Source: Thermoanaerobaculia bacterium
Lineage (GTDB): Bacteria > Acidobacteriota > Thermoanaerobaculia > Multivoradales > Multivoraceae
Direction: 5' to 3'
Assembly: GCA_963666565.1 (NCBI GenBank)
Contig: OY762911.1
Span: 3,072,001 to 3,136,000, forward strand
DNA: 64,000 nt
The notes under the pieces were generated by a model, which saw nothing but the letters and a program-made list of their open reading frames with translations, did no database searches and was not told where the DNA came from. Both the position numbers and the translations under genes were made by a program. The first letter of the stretch is position 1. The number at the start of each line of letters is the position of its first letter. Of the stretch, positions 24,176-34,316 are shown piece by piece.

Positions 24176-24567
24176 TCTTCATCGACTCCAACATTCCCAT
24201 GTACCTGGTGGGCGCGGAACACCCGAACAAGGTTCGGGTGCATGAGCTTCTCGCACGGTTCATCCGCGGGAACGAGCGCCTCGTGACCGACGTCGAGGTC
24301 TACCAGGAGGTGCTGCACCGGTACGTATCCATCCGTCGCCAAGACGCGATCGATCCCGCCATCGCCAGTCTCGACGCAATCGCCGACGAGGTGCTGCCGA
24401 TCCACATGGCCGACGTGCGGTCCGCTCGCGAGCTGATCCGGTCGATCCACGGCATATCCGCCCGGGACGCCCTCCATGCCGCGGTGATGCGACGTGCGGG
24501 CATCGAACGCATCTTCAGCCTCGACCGGGGCTTCGACGCCTGTCCCGGACTGGAGCGGCTGGGATAG
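24172..24567 (+). CDS. vapC: PIN-domain toxin (VapC family)
   Basis: MIFIDSNIPMY, EVYQEVLHRY, SARDALHAAVM, IFSLDRGFD. Confidence 0.92.
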   Translation: MIFIDSNIPMYLVGAEHPNKVRVHELLARFIRGNERLVTDVEVYQEVLHRYVSIRRQDAIDPAIASLDAIADEVLPIHMADVRSARELIRSIHGISARDALHAAVMRRAGIERIFSLDRGFDACPGLERLG

Positions 24568-24647
24568 CGAGGGACACGTCCACGCAGAGCGTCGGTCATG
24601 TCCTCTCTCCTCGTCTCAAGCGGCGGGAGCGCCATTGATCCCCGCGT

Positions 24648-25247
24648 TCAGGCGCGACGGAAGATCCTCGGCAGGTAGCGGCCGGCGCGGTCGAGGTACT
24701 CCTCGTAGGCGGCGCCGTGGAGACGGCGCAGGTGCGGTTCCTCGAGGCGGCGGACGTTGATGTCGATGGCGACGAACTGGAGAACGAGAAAAAGCAGCAC
24801 GAAGACGTGCGGCAGGAGCGCCAGGACGCCGAGGCCGAGGCAGAGCACGCCGGCGTAGATCGGGTTCCTAATCCGGGCGAACAGGCCGCGGGTCACGAGC
24901 GGAGTCCGCTCCGCGTCGTCGAAACCGCCTCGCCAAGCCGTTCCCATCTGTTGCTGGGCGATGACGGTCGTCGCGATGCCGCCGAGGCCCACCGCGGCCC
25001 CGGCCCATCGCGCCGCGGGACCGAGTTCGACCTGCGGCTGGAGCAGGTCCGCGGCGTCCAGGCACGCAAGAACGAGGTTGCCGAGCAGCGAAGCTCCCAG
25101 CAGCGGCCCGGCGAGCGCGACGATCCGGGACGAGGACTTCCAGGCATCCGGCCGGATGCCGTGGTCTCCGGTGCTGCGGTACTGCAGCGCTATCCGCCCG
25201 CCGACGGCGAACAGCAGGAACAGGACGTGGAGCGTCAGCGCGTTCAT
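24648..25247 (-). CDS. Isoprenylcysteine carboxyl methyltransferase/PEMT family membrane protein
   Basis: Multiple TM helices; LVTRGLFARIRNPIYAG, EEPHLRRLHGAAYEEY..RYLP. Confidence 0.88.
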   Translation of the reverse strand: MNALTLHVLFLLFAVGGRIALQYRSTGDHGIRPDAWKSSSRIVALAGPLLGASLLGNLVLACLDAADLLQPQVELGPAARWAGAAVGLGGIATTVIAQQQMGTAWRGGFDDAERTPLVTRGLFARIRNPIYAGVLCLGLGVLALLPHVFVLLFLVLQFVAIDINVRRLEEPHLRRLHGAAYEEYLDRAGRYLPRIFRRA

Positions 25248-25362
25248 GCGGGCGGGTGTCCGTCTCTTCCTCAGGACGCTCGTCGATCGGCGGGCCGCGC
25301 CGGCGCCGGACGGCGCCTTCCGGCAGCCGTTCGTGCAGCCGCGCGGGTGAGCGCGGCCGGCG

Positions 25363-26952
25363 TCAGTTGATGCCGCGCTCCTTGCCCTCCCAGTACGGCG
25401 CGCGCAGCTCGCGCTTCAGCACCTTCATCGCGCCGGAGAGCGGCAGCGGCTCGGCCCGGAACTCGACGGACTTCGGCACCTTGTAGCCGGCGATCGACTC
25501 GCGGGCGTGGCTGACGATCGAGGCTTCCGTACCCTCGTCGACCTCGGCGCCCTCCTTCGGCACGACGATGGCGTGGACCTGCTCGCCCCAGACGTCGTGG
25601 GGGATGCCGATGACGGCGACCTGGCCGACGACGGGATGCGTCGAGATCGCGCTCTCGACCTCGGCGGAGTAGACGTTCTCGCCGCCCGAGACGATCATGT
25701 CCTTGACCCGATCGACGAGGAACAGGTAGCCCTCCTCGTCCAGGTAGCCGGCGTCGCCGGTGTGGTACCAGCCGCCCTGGAACGCCTCTTCGGTGGCCTC
25801 GGGCTTGTTCCAGTACTCCGTCATGTAGTTGCCGCCCTTGGCGCAGACCTCGCCGACCTCGCCGGAGGGCAGCATGTTGCCGTCCTCGTCCTGGATCGAC
25901 AGCACGACGCCGGGCACGGCGCGCCCGACGGAGCGCAGGCGGTCGCCGCCGGCCTTGTGGTCCTCGGCGTCGAGCACGGTGAGAAGCGAGGAACTCTCCG
26001 TCATGCCGTAGCCCTGGCCGATCTCCATCTCCGGGAACAGGGTGAGCAGCCGGTCGAGCAGCGCCGCCGGCATCGGCGAGGCGCCGTAGCCGAGGTTGCG
26101 CAACGAGGCGAGCTTCTCCGGCGTGAAGTCCGGGTGGCTCATCATCATGTGGATCATGGTCGGCACCATGGTGGTCGTCGTCACCTGGTACTTCTCGATC
26201 AACGCGATGGCGGCGCCCGGGTCGAACATCGGCATCAGGACGAACTTGCCGCCGAAGGTCTGGGTCGCGATGACGCCGACCATGGAGGCGGCGTGGAAGA
26301 TCGGCGTCTGAAGAAGCGCGACGCCGTCGGAGAGCTGCGGAAAGCGCATGACTCCGTGGTACGTGTTCAGGATCTCGGCGCGCTGGTTGCAGAGAACGCC
26401 CTTCGGCAGGCCGGTGGTGCCGCCGGTGTACATGAGGACGACGGAATCGGTTTCCTCCGGCTCGTCCGGCAGAACGGGGTCGCTGCCGGCGATCAGATCC
26501 TCGTAGCGGAGGTCGTAGGGAGCGTCCGTGTCGTCGCCGGGACCGCCGATCAGCACGGTCCGCCGGACCGTGCACTCGTCGCCGGCCAGGGCCATCGCCT
26601 GCGCGAACAGGGGCGCGAAGGTCTTGTCGACGAAGGCGACCTCGGTGCCGGAGTCGCGCACGATGTAGTCGAGTTCCTTGCCGGCCAGGCGCAGGTTGAG
26701 CGGGTTGATCACGCCCGCGCCGAGGTAGGCGGCGTGGTACAGCTCGACGTACTCGTGGCAGGTGAGCGCCATGACCGCGAAGCGATCCGCGCGGCCCACT
26801 CCCAGCTCGCCGCCCAGCGCGGTGCACAGGCGCATCGTCCGGTCCGCGTGCTCGCCGAACGTGGCGCTGTAGGCGCCGTCGACGATCGATTCCTTGTTCG
26901 CCAGGTAGTTCATGGCGGGCACGAACAGCCGGTGGAAGATCAACTCCTTCAT
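25363..26952 (-). CDS. Long-chain fatty acid--CoA ligase (AMP-binding)
   Basis: MYTGGTTGLPKGV, QGYGMTE, WYHTGDAG, DRVKDMIVSGGENVY; AAGGAG upstream of ATG 26952. Confidence 0.93.
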   Translation of the reverse strand: MKELIFHRLFVPAMNYLANKESIVDGAYSATFGEHADRTMRLCTALGGELGVGRADRFAVMALTCHEYVELYHAAYLGAGVINPLNLRLAGKELDYIVRDSGTEVAFVDKTFAPLFAQAMALAGDECTVRRTVLIGGPGDDTDAPYDLRYEDLIAGSDPVLPDEPEETDSVVLMYTGGTTGLPKGVLCNQRAEILNTYHGVMRFPQLSDGVALLQTPIFHAASMVGVIATQTFGGKFVLMPMFDPGAAIALIEKYQVTTTTMVPTMIHMMMSHPDFTPEKLASLRNLGYGASPMPAALLDRLLTLFPEMEIGQGYGMTESSSLLTVLDAEDHKAGGDRLRSVGRAVPGVVLSIQDEDGNMLPSGEVGEVCAKGGNYMTEYWNKPEATEEAFQGGWYHTGDAGYLDEEGYLFLVDRVKDMIVSGGENVYSAEVESAISTHPVVGQVAVIGIPHDVWGEQVHAIVVPKEGAEVDEGTEASIVSHARESIAGYKVPKSVEFRAEPLPLSGAMKVLKRELRAPYWEGKERGIN

Positions 26953-27041
26953 GGTGCGGTCAACTCCTTGTCGGGTCCGGTCGGGTCCTGTCGGGCGCGT
27001 CGCTCGGGCGGCGGCCCGGGCGAGCTTCGGTTCGGTTCGCG

Positions 27042-28049
27042 TCAGTTCGCCGAAAGGGAGGCGATCACGTCCCGCTGCGTCGCCTCGTCGAGGAAGCGGA
27101 GGTTGGGGCTCATGCGGTCCACCACGCTGCCGTAGCGGTCGAGGACGCCCCGGGCCAGGTCGGCCGGCTCGCCGACGACGGCGAAGGCGTCGAGCATTTC
27201 GTCGGTGATGAGCGTGCCCATCTCGTCCCACTGGCCCTGCTTCGACATCCGGTTCAGTTCGAGCTGCAGGTCGCCCCAGCCTTCCGATTCGAGCACGGGC
27301 CGGTAGGCGGGAGTCGAACCGTAGAAGGAGATCTGCTTCTTGACCGCGCGCTTCGTCTCCTCGAACGTCTTCTCGTCCTGGCCGGAGACGATGAAGCCGG
27401 GGTAGGCGATCTCGAAGTCGGCGCGGTCGCGTCCGGCCGCTGCCAGACCGCGCTCGATGGCCGGCAGCGTGGTGTCGCGCATGTACGACTGCGTCGTGAA
27501 GGGATGGACGATCAGGCCGTCGGCCACCTCGCCGGCGACTTCCGTCATCAGCGGCCCGACCGCGGCGAGGAACACCCTGGGCGGGCCGTACTCGGTGTCG
27601 GTCGGCGTGAACATCGGCGTCATCAGGGTGTGCGAGTAGAAGTCGCCCTGGAAGCGGAGCCGTTCGCCCTCGTACCAGTTCGACCAGATCGCCCGCATCG
27701 CCAGAATCATCTCCCTCATGCGCGCCGCCGGGCTCGACCACGGCATGCTGAACCGTTTCGTGATGTGGGGACGGATCTGGGAACCCAGGCCGAGGATGAA
27801 GCGGCCCTTCGAGTAGGCGTTCAGGTCGTGGCCGACGTTCGCCAGCGTCATCGGGCTGCGCGCGAAGGCGACCGCGATGGAGGTCATCAGCTCGATCCGC
27901 TCGCTGTGCTCGGCGGCCAGAAGCAGCGGGAAGAACGGATCGTGCGCCGTCTCGGCGGTCATCGCGGCGGCGAAGCCGGCGTCCTCGAGTTCGCGGATGC
28001 GCGCGGGAACCTCGCGCAGATCGGTGGGGAGTCCGCCGTCAACCTTCAT
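27042..28049 (-). CDS. LLM-class (probably F420-dependent) oxidoreductase
   Basis: AETAHDPFFPL, TSIAVAFARSP, GRFILGLGSQIRPHITKRFSMPW, AAVGPLMTEVAGEVADG. Confidence 0.9.
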   Translation of the reverse strand: MKVDGGLPTDLREVPARIRELEDAGFAAAMTAETAHDPFFPLLLAAEHSERIELMTSIAVAFARSPMTLANVGHDLNAYSKGRFILGLGSQIRPHITKRFSMPWSSPAARMREMILAMRAIWSNWYEGERLRFQGDFYSHTLMTPMFTPTDTEYGPPRVFLAAVGPLMTEVAGEVADGLIVHPFTTQSYMRDTTLPAIERGLAAAGRDRADFEIAYPGFIVSGQDEKTFEETKRAVKKQISFYGSTPAYRPVLESEGWGDLQLELNRMSKQGQWDEMGTLITDEMLDAFAVVGEPADLARGVLDRYGSVVDRMSPNLRFLDEATQRDVIASLSAN

Positions 28050-28195
28050 CGTCTCTCCAGGCTGGTCGTCTTCTCTTGGGTCGGAGCGGTCGCGAGTATA
28101 GAAGAGCGGCGCCACCTTGGCCCTTGCTACGATCCCGGCCCTCTCGCAGCCGCGAGTTCGCGCTTCCTCCCCGTCACCCACCGAACGGAGTTCCC

Positions 28196-29542
28196 ATGCA
28201 CCAGGTGCTCGCCGGCGTCCGCGTCCTGGACTTCGGCCGCTACATCGCGGGTCCGTTCTGCGCCGCGCTGCTCGGCGACCTGGGCGCGGAAGTGATTCGG
28301 GTGGAGAAGGTGCGCGGCAGCGAGGACCGCTTCATCGCGCCGGTGACGCCCTCCGGCGAGGGCGGGATGTTCCTGCAGATGAACCGCAACAAGCGGTCGC
28401 TGACGCTGAACCCGATGAAGCCGGCGGGCCGCGAGATCGTGAAGCGCCTGGTCGCGACCGCCGACGTCGTGGTCGCCAACCTGCCGCCCGCCACGCTCCG
28501 GGCGATGGCCCTCGACCTCGACAGCCTGCGCGAGACGAAGGAGGACATCATCCTGACCACCGTCTCCGCCTACGGCCGGGGCGGTCCTTACAGCGACCGG
28601 GTGGGCTTCGACGGCATCGGCCAGGTCATGTCGGGGATCGCCTACATGACGGGCGATCCGGACCGTCCCCGGCGGGCGGCCGCTCCCTTCGTCGACTTCG
28701 GGACCGCACTCTCGTGCGCCTACGGCACGCTGGCGGCGCTGATGGCGCGGCAGCAGACCGGCGAGGGCCAGATGGTCGAGGGCGCGCTGCTCAAGACCGC
28801 GCTGATGATGGGCAACGCGAACCTGATCGAGCAGGCGGTGATCGAGAGAGACCGCCAGCCGACCGGGAACCGGGGGCAAACCTCGGCGCCGTCCGACCTC
28901 TACCGGACCGCGGACGGCTGGGTGTTGTGCTCGGTGATCGGCGAGCCGCTGTTCAGGCGCTGGGTGGACCTGATGGAGAAGGACGATGCGGTGAGCGTCG
29001 GATGCGACGGTGGCGCTCGCATCGACGCCGGTGATGGCGAGGCCAGCCTGCGGAGCGGCAACGACAAGGGAAGCGACAGCAAGGGCAACAGGGAGGGCGG
29101 CGACAACGGGAACGGGCGCGACCGCGACGCCGGTCGCGAACGGATCGACTGGCTGAACGATCCCCGTTTCGCCGACGATCTCGCCCGCGGCGACAATGCC
29201 GGTCCGATCGGCGAGCGGATGAACGCCTGGTGCGCCTCGCGTACCACCGCCGAGGCGGTCGAGGCGCTGAACGCGGCGATGATTCCCTCGGCGCCGGCTT
29301 ACTCCATGCAGCAGGCGCTGGACGACCCGCACATCCGCGAGGTCGGGTCCTTCGTCGAACTCGACTATCCGGGCATGGAGCGAGCGGCGCCGGTGGCGCA
29401 ACCTTCCGTGCGTCTGACCGGAACGCCGGCCACCATCCGCCACCGGGCGCCGACCCTCGGCGAGCACACGGACGAGATTCTGGCCGACCTCGGCTACGGC
29501 GCCGACGAGATCGAGGCGTTTCGGGCGGAACGGGTGGTGTAG
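28196..29542 (+). CDS. Family III CoA-transferase (CaiB/BaiF) with a low-complexity insertion
   Basis: LAGVRVLDFGRYIAGPFC..LGDLGAEVIRVE, NRNKRSLTLN, APTLGEHTDEIL. Confidence 0.93.
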   Translation: MHQVLAGVRVLDFGRYIAGPFCAALLGDLGAEVIRVEKVRGSEDRFIAPVTPSGEGGMFLQMNRNKRSLTLNPMKPAGREIVKRLVATADVVVANLPPATLRAMALDLDSLRETKEDIILTTVSAYGRGGPYSDRVGFDGIGQVMSGIAYMTGDPDRPRRAAAPFVDFGTALSCAYGTLAALMARQQTGEGQMVEGALLKTALMMGNANLIEQAVIERDRQPTGNRGQTSAPSDLYRTADGWVLCSVIGEPLFRRWVDLMEKDDAVSVGCDGGARIDAGDGEASLRSGNDKGSDSKGNREGGDNGNGRDRDAGRERIDWLNDPRFADDLARGDNAGPIGERMNAWCASRTTAEAVEALNAAMIPSAPAYSMQQALDDPHIREVGSFVELDYPGMERAAPVAQPSVRLTGTPATIRHRAPTLGEHTDEILADLGYGADEIEAFRAERVV

Positions 29543-29589
29543 TGGCGGGCTCGAAGGAGCTCGGCAGCCTCGCACGTTTGCCTCCGAAA

Positions 29590-29615
29590 GCCGGCGAGGA
29601 CGCCGGCGCACCCAG
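29590..29615 (+). repeat. REP-like hairpin, family 2
   Basis: GCCGGCG-AGGA-CGCCGGC-GCACCCAG; same tail and geometry as family 1. Confidence 0.8.
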
Positions 29616-29649
29616 TGGCTTGGCAATCCGCCTTTCGTTCGGGGACCGG

Positions 29650-31590
29650 GTGCGCCTGCGTCCTCGCCGCCATCTGGCGCAAAGTGCCGGTCTGCTTCCG
29701 GCGCTTCTCCTGCTCCCGCTGGGAACTGTCGCCGCCCAGCCACAGCCCGACCTGCCTCCCCCCAACGTCCTCTGGCTCTCCAGCGAGGACAACGGCCCGC
29801 ATCTAGGCGCCTACGGCGACGACTACGCCACGACCCCGAACCTCGACGGCCTCGCAGCCCGCGGCCTCGTCTACCGCAACGCCTGGTCGACCGTCCCGGT
29901 CTGCGCGCCGGCCCGCACGACGATCATCAGCGGCCTCTACCCGGCGTCCACGGGCGCCCAGCACATGCGGAGCCGGTCCAGGCTGCCGGAGGGCTTCCGC
30001 TTCTTCCCGCAGTACTTGCGCGAGGCGGGCTACTACGCGACGAACAACGCGAAGGAGGACTACAACCTCGAGAAGCCGGGCGGCCAGGGTGCCGTGTGGC
30101 ACGAGTCCTCCCGCGAAGCGCACTGGCGGAACCGCCCCGACGGCGCTCCGTTCTTCGCCGTCTTCAACTTCACCGTCACGCACGAGAGCCAGATCCGCCG
30201 CCGGCCCCACGCGCAGGTCCACGACCCGGCCGGCGTTCGCGTGCCGGCCTACCACCCGGACACGCCCGAGGTCCGTCAGGACTGGGCGCAGTACTACGAC
30301 AAGCTGACGGAGATGGACGCGCTCGTCGGCGAACGCCTGGCCGAACTCGAAGCGGCTGGCCTGACGGACGACACGGTCGTCTTCTACTGGGCAGATCACG
30401 GTCCGGGCCTGCCGCGCGGCAAGCGCACGGCGCTTGAGACCGGCCTCGGCGTACCGCTCATCGTCTCGATTCCGGAGAAGTACCGGCATCTGGCGCCGGA
30501 CGACTACGAGGCGGGCGGCGGCACGGACCGGCTGGTCGGCTTCATCGACTTCGCTCCGACCATGCTGAGTCTGGCCGGCATCGAGCCGCCGGCGAACTTC
30601 CAGGGACGGGCCTTCCTCGGCGCCAACGAAGCCGAACCGAACGAGTTCCTGTTCGGCTTCTCCGACCGCATGGACGAACGCTACGACCTGGTCCGCAGCG
30701 TGCGGGCCAAGCGCTACATGTACGCGCGGAACTTCCTCGTCGACCGGCCCTACGGCCAGCGGCTCTCATACCAGATGGAGACGCCGACGACCCGGGTCTG
30801 GTTGCGGCTGTTCCAGGAGGGTGAACTGAACGCCGCGCAGTCGGCCTTCTGGCGGGAGAAGCCGAGCGAGGAGCTCTACGACCTGGAGAACGACCCGGAC
30901 CTGGTGAACAACCTCGCGGCGTCGCCGGACCACGCGGCTGCGCGGGACCGGCTGGCGGCCGCGCTGCGGCTGCAGCTCCTGACGATCCGCGATCTCAGTT
31001 TCCTGCCCGAGGCCGAGATGCACCGCCGCGCCGCGGCGATGGACGCCACGCCCTGGGCCTATGGCCAGGGTGGCTACCAGGTCGAGCGGGCGCTCGCGGC
31101 GGCCGAACTCGCCACGGACAGGTCAAGGCGGGGCAGCGGGGACATCGAGCGGCTCGGGCGGATGCTCGGCGACCCGGACTCGGCGGTCCGCGCGTGGGCC
31201 GCGATCGGCCTGCGCACGCGGGGTAAGGAGGCGGTCGGCGCGGCCGGCGCCGAGCTGCGCGCCGCGCTTGCCGACCCGTCGCCGCCGGTTCGCATCCACG
31301 CCGCCGAAGCCCTGGGCCGCTTCGGCGAGGAAGCGGACCGTGCCCCCGCGGTCGAACTGCTTCTCGATGCCGCTTCGACCGACGACAACGACTTCTTCGA
31401 CGCCCTGCTCGCGCTCAACGCCCTCGACTACCTGCCGCCCGACGTCCTGGGCGGGCGGGACGCACAGGCCGAAGCGTGGCGCGAACGGCTCAGCGCCCTG
31501 CCATCCGACCTCGAAGGTCTCGACCGCCGCTTCAGGAACTACGTGCCGCGACTGCTCGAGGCGATCCGACTCGACCTGCCGGATCGTTGA
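29650..31590 (+). CDS. Secreted formylglycine-dependent sulfatase with C-terminal HEAT-like repeats
   Basis: PNVLWLSSEDN, TPNLDGLA, VCAPARTTIISG (CxPxR), WADHG, EELYDLENDP; repeats D.DSAVRAWAA and DPSPPVRIHAAEALG. Start uncertain (29620 or 29650). Confidence 0.92.
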   Translation: MRLRPRRHLAQSAGLLPALLLLPLGTVAAQPQPDLPPPNVLWLSSEDNGPHLGAYGDDYATTPNLDGLAARGLVYRNAWSTVPVCAPARTTIISGLYPASTGAQHMRSRSRLPEGFRFFPQYLREAGYYATNNAKEDYNLEKPGGQGAVWHESSREAHWRNRPDGAPFFAVFNFTVTHESQIRRRPHAQVHDPAGVRVPAYHPDTPEVRQDWAQYYDKLTEMDALVGERLAELEAAGLTDDTVVFYWADHGPGLPRGKRTALETGLGVPLIVSIPEKYRHLAPDDYEAGGGTDRLVGFIDFAPTMLSLAGIEPPANFQGRAFLGANEAEPNEFLFGFSDRMDERYDLVRSVRAKRYMYARNFLVDRPYGQRLSYQMETPTTRVWLRLFQEGELNAAQSAFWREKPSEELYDLENDPDLVNNLAASPDHAAARDRLAAALRLQLLTIRDLSFLPEAEMHRRAAAMDATPWAYGQGGYQVERALAAAELATDRSRRGSGDIERLGRMLGDPDSAVRAWAAIGLRTRGKEAVGAAGAELRAALADPSPPVRIHAAEALGRFGEEADRAPAVELLLDAASTDDNDFFDALLALNALDYLPPDVLGGRDAQAEAWRERLSALPSDLEGLDRRFRNYVPRLLEAIRLDLPDR

Positions 31591-31761
31591 TTCTCAGGGA
31601 GACGCAGAGGCTGCTGGCGCGATCGAAACGTTGGCACGTTGCCGGCGGCGGGCCTGTCGACGTGCGGATCGGGCGTCAGATATCCTCTGCCGTCGTTCGA
31701 TCCCTGTGGCCGTCAGACCGCTCCGTGAGCGGCCCAATCTGTGGGCGCGGGTGGTAGGCCG

Positions 31762-34173
31762 ATGGGCATTCGAGGCATCGAGTACGGACACGGTCACGAG
31801 CGGCTCGAAGAGTTGCTGCGATCCATCGACCGGCCTGGCGACTACTGCGTCGGCGGCCGGCTCTACGTGCCGATGCCCCGCATCGTCGTCGAGGGCACGG
31901 GAGAACTTTCCTTCCCGGTTCCGCCAGCCCAGATCGAGGCGTTGATCGCCGGAGCCGAGCGCGCCCCCTACGGCAAGGGCACGCAAACGCTGGTGAACAC
32001 GTCGGTTCGCGACTGTTGGCAGATCGATGCCCGAGAAGTGCGCTTGCTCGGCAGGGCTTGGCCGAATTCTCTCGCCAGGGTCGTGGGTCTCGCGGCGGAG
32101 GGGCTCGGTCTGCCCATGGCGCGACTCAGGGCCAAGCCATACAAGCTGCTCGTCTACCGGCGGGGAGGCTTCTTCGCCGAGCACCGGGACACCGAGAAGG
32201 TCCCGGGCATGGTGGCGACCCTGACGCTGTCGTTGCCGGCGGCCGGCGCCGGAGGCGAGCTCGTCGTTCGTCACGGCGACCGGGAGACCGCCTTCGATCT
32301 GGCTGCCGCGGAGCCGTCGGAGTTGTCGTTCGCGGCCTTCTACGCCGATTGCCCGCACGAAGTGCGGCCGGTGACCGAAGGCCACCGCGTGTCGCTCGTC
32401 TACAACCTGTCCCTCGATTCCCGCGCGGCCGATCTCGGCGCCCCCGACTACGCGGACTTGGCCGCGTCAGTGGCAGAGGGTCTGGCGGAATGGCGGGATG
32501 CAGGTTCGACCGACAAGATCGTGTGGCTGCTCGAACATGAGTACAGCGAAGGAGGTCTGTCGTTCAAGGCGCTCAAGAACACCGATGCCGCAGTCGCCCG
32601 GGTGCTGGTCGAGGCCGCGGACCGGGCGGACTGCGAACTGCACGCCGCCGTGCTGAAGATCCAGGAGTACGGCATACCGGAGATCGACGCCTTCTACAGC
32701 CGTCGGGGATGGGACGAGGATGACGGCGCGGATGCCGGAATGGAAGAAGTCTACGACCGGTGGGAGGCTCTGGACGGATGGGCCGCTCGCGACGGCAGCC
32801 GGCCAGCCTTGGGCGAGATCCCGCTGAAGAATGAGGAGCTTCTTCCTTGCGGCGCCCTCGACGACGCCGAGCCGGACGACCGCCGGCTGGAGGATTCGAC
32901 CGGCAACGAGGGTCCCACCCTGGAGTTCATCTACAGGCTGGGAGCGCTCGTGGTCTGGCCCGTCGAGAAGGCCGTCGACGTCGTTGCGGACGCCGGCATC
33001 GACGGCGCCGTGGCCTGGGCGACCGGCCGATGCAGGGACCGCGCCGACTCCGAATCGAGCCGTCGCATCCTTGGCCGGCTGGTCGATCTCTGGCCGGTAG
33101 GGAAGAAGGACTACGGGGAGCAAGATCGCGGCGCAATGCTCCGCCTTCTGGCGGACGTCGGCGCGGCGGATGTTGCGGCCGATTTCCTCCAGCACGCCGT
33201 GATGGCGAGGTACGACGGCAGCGAGAACGAAGATCTCGCGGCGCTCATGCCCCTGATCCACCCCGACGACGGTTGGGAGTTTCTCGTCGGCCTCGTGGTG
33301 GAGCACCTGGCTCGCCGGCCGGGCGACGTCGTCGAACTTCTCGCATTGACGGCCCGCAGTGCGGACCTGAGACAGAACGACGCGTGGCGCGTGGCGCTGC
33401 GCGAATCCGTGGAGATCGCCCTGACTCGTCTGGGCGCGGCTCTCAGGCGGTTGGGGAAGAAGCGCGCCAAACAGGCCTCCGCCCGACGAACGCGGATCAT
33501 GTCCTGGGGCAGCTACGACTACCGAACCCCGCCGCGGGAGCGGATCGGTCACGAGGCCGTCCGCGACCTGTTCGCACTCGCGCGGCGGTTCGGTCTCGAC
33601 GAGGAAGCGGCGGCGGCCGTCCGGGCGATCGGGAAACACCCGGAGATCGTGACGCCGGACCGGATGCTCCCGGCGGCGCTTCGGGACATGCGCGAAGACG
33701 CCGGTCTCGCGGGTTCCGGCGCGTACGCCGCACTGTGGAAGCAGGCCGTGGACTTTCTCCTCGAGCGCAGTTCCGCGGTGCCCTCCGAGCCGGGCGACTG
33801 GACGATCGCCGCGGAGATCCCGCGCCATTGCGCGGATTGCACCGCGTTGCGCGCCTTCTGCCGGGATCCCGACAAGCGGACCGAACGATTCAGCGTGCGC
33901 AAGGACCGGCGCAGGCATCTTCACCGGGTCATCGACGCTCACGGGCTCGACATCGATCACGTGACGGAGCGTCGCGGCAGCCCCTACACGCTGGTCTGCA
34001 CGAAGACCGGCGCCGGCCACCGGCGGCGATTGGAGGAGTACGCGGAAGATCTGCGACGCATGGGTTCGTTGCGCTCGTGCGCACCCTCCGGCAGGGACGT
34101 CGCCGCCGTTTCGGAGAGAGTCGACCGCCTCGCCGATGCGCTGGCGACGGGCGGGGCCGCAAGTCGAATCTGA
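31762..34173 (+). CDS. Large 2OG-Fe(II) oxygenase-domain protein
   Basis: APYGKG...VRDCWQI, YKLLVY..GGFFAEHRDTEK (HxD), AFYADCPHEVRPVTEGHRVSLVYNL; long helical C-terminus containing HCADC. Confidence 0.88.
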   Translation: MGIRGIEYGHGHERLEELLRSIDRPGDYCVGGRLYVPMPRIVVEGTGELSFPVPPAQIEALIAGAERAPYGKGTQTLVNTSVRDCWQIDAREVRLLGRAWPNSLARVVGLAAEGLGLPMARLRAKPYKLLVYRRGGFFAEHRDTEKVPGMVATLTLSLPAAGAGGELVVRHGDRETAFDLAAAEPSELSFAAFYADCPHEVRPVTEGHRVSLVYNLSLDSRAADLGAPDYADLAASVAEGLAEWRDAGSTDKIVWLLEHEYSEGGLSFKALKNTDAAVARVLVEAADRADCELHAAVLKIQEYGIPEIDAFYSRRGWDEDDGADAGMEEVYDRWEALDGWAARDGSRPALGEIPLKNEELLPCGALDDAEPDDRRLEDSTGNEGPTLEFIYRLGALVVWPVEKAVDVVADAGIDGAVAWATGRCRDRADSESSRRILGRLVDLWPVGKKDYGEQDRGAMLRLLADVGAADVAADFLQHAVMARYDGSENEDLAALMPLIHPDDGWEFLVGLVVEHLARRPGDVVELLALTARSADLRQNDAWRVALRESVEIALTRLGAALRRLGKKRAKQASARRTRIMSWGSYDYRTPPRERIGHEAVRDLFALARRFGLDEEAAAAVRAIGKHPEIVTPDRMLPAALRDMREDAGLAGSGAYAALWKQAVDFLLERSSAVPSEPGDWTIAAEIPRHCADCTALRAFCRDPDKRTERFSVRKDRRRHLHRVIDAHGLDIDHVTERRGSPYTLVCTKTGAGHRRRLEEYAEDLRRMGSLRSCAPSGRDVAAVSERVDRLADALATGGAASRI

Positions 34174-34316
34174 ACTGTCGCGCGGCGACTCAGCCGCCGT
34201 CCGCATTCCTCGCGGCGGAGTCCAGGTCAGGGAGTTCCGCGGATGCTCGGCTTCCGCCAGTACGCACCCTGTCGACGATGGCGCGGACCATGCGGTCGAG
34301 CGGGACTGCCATCGGC

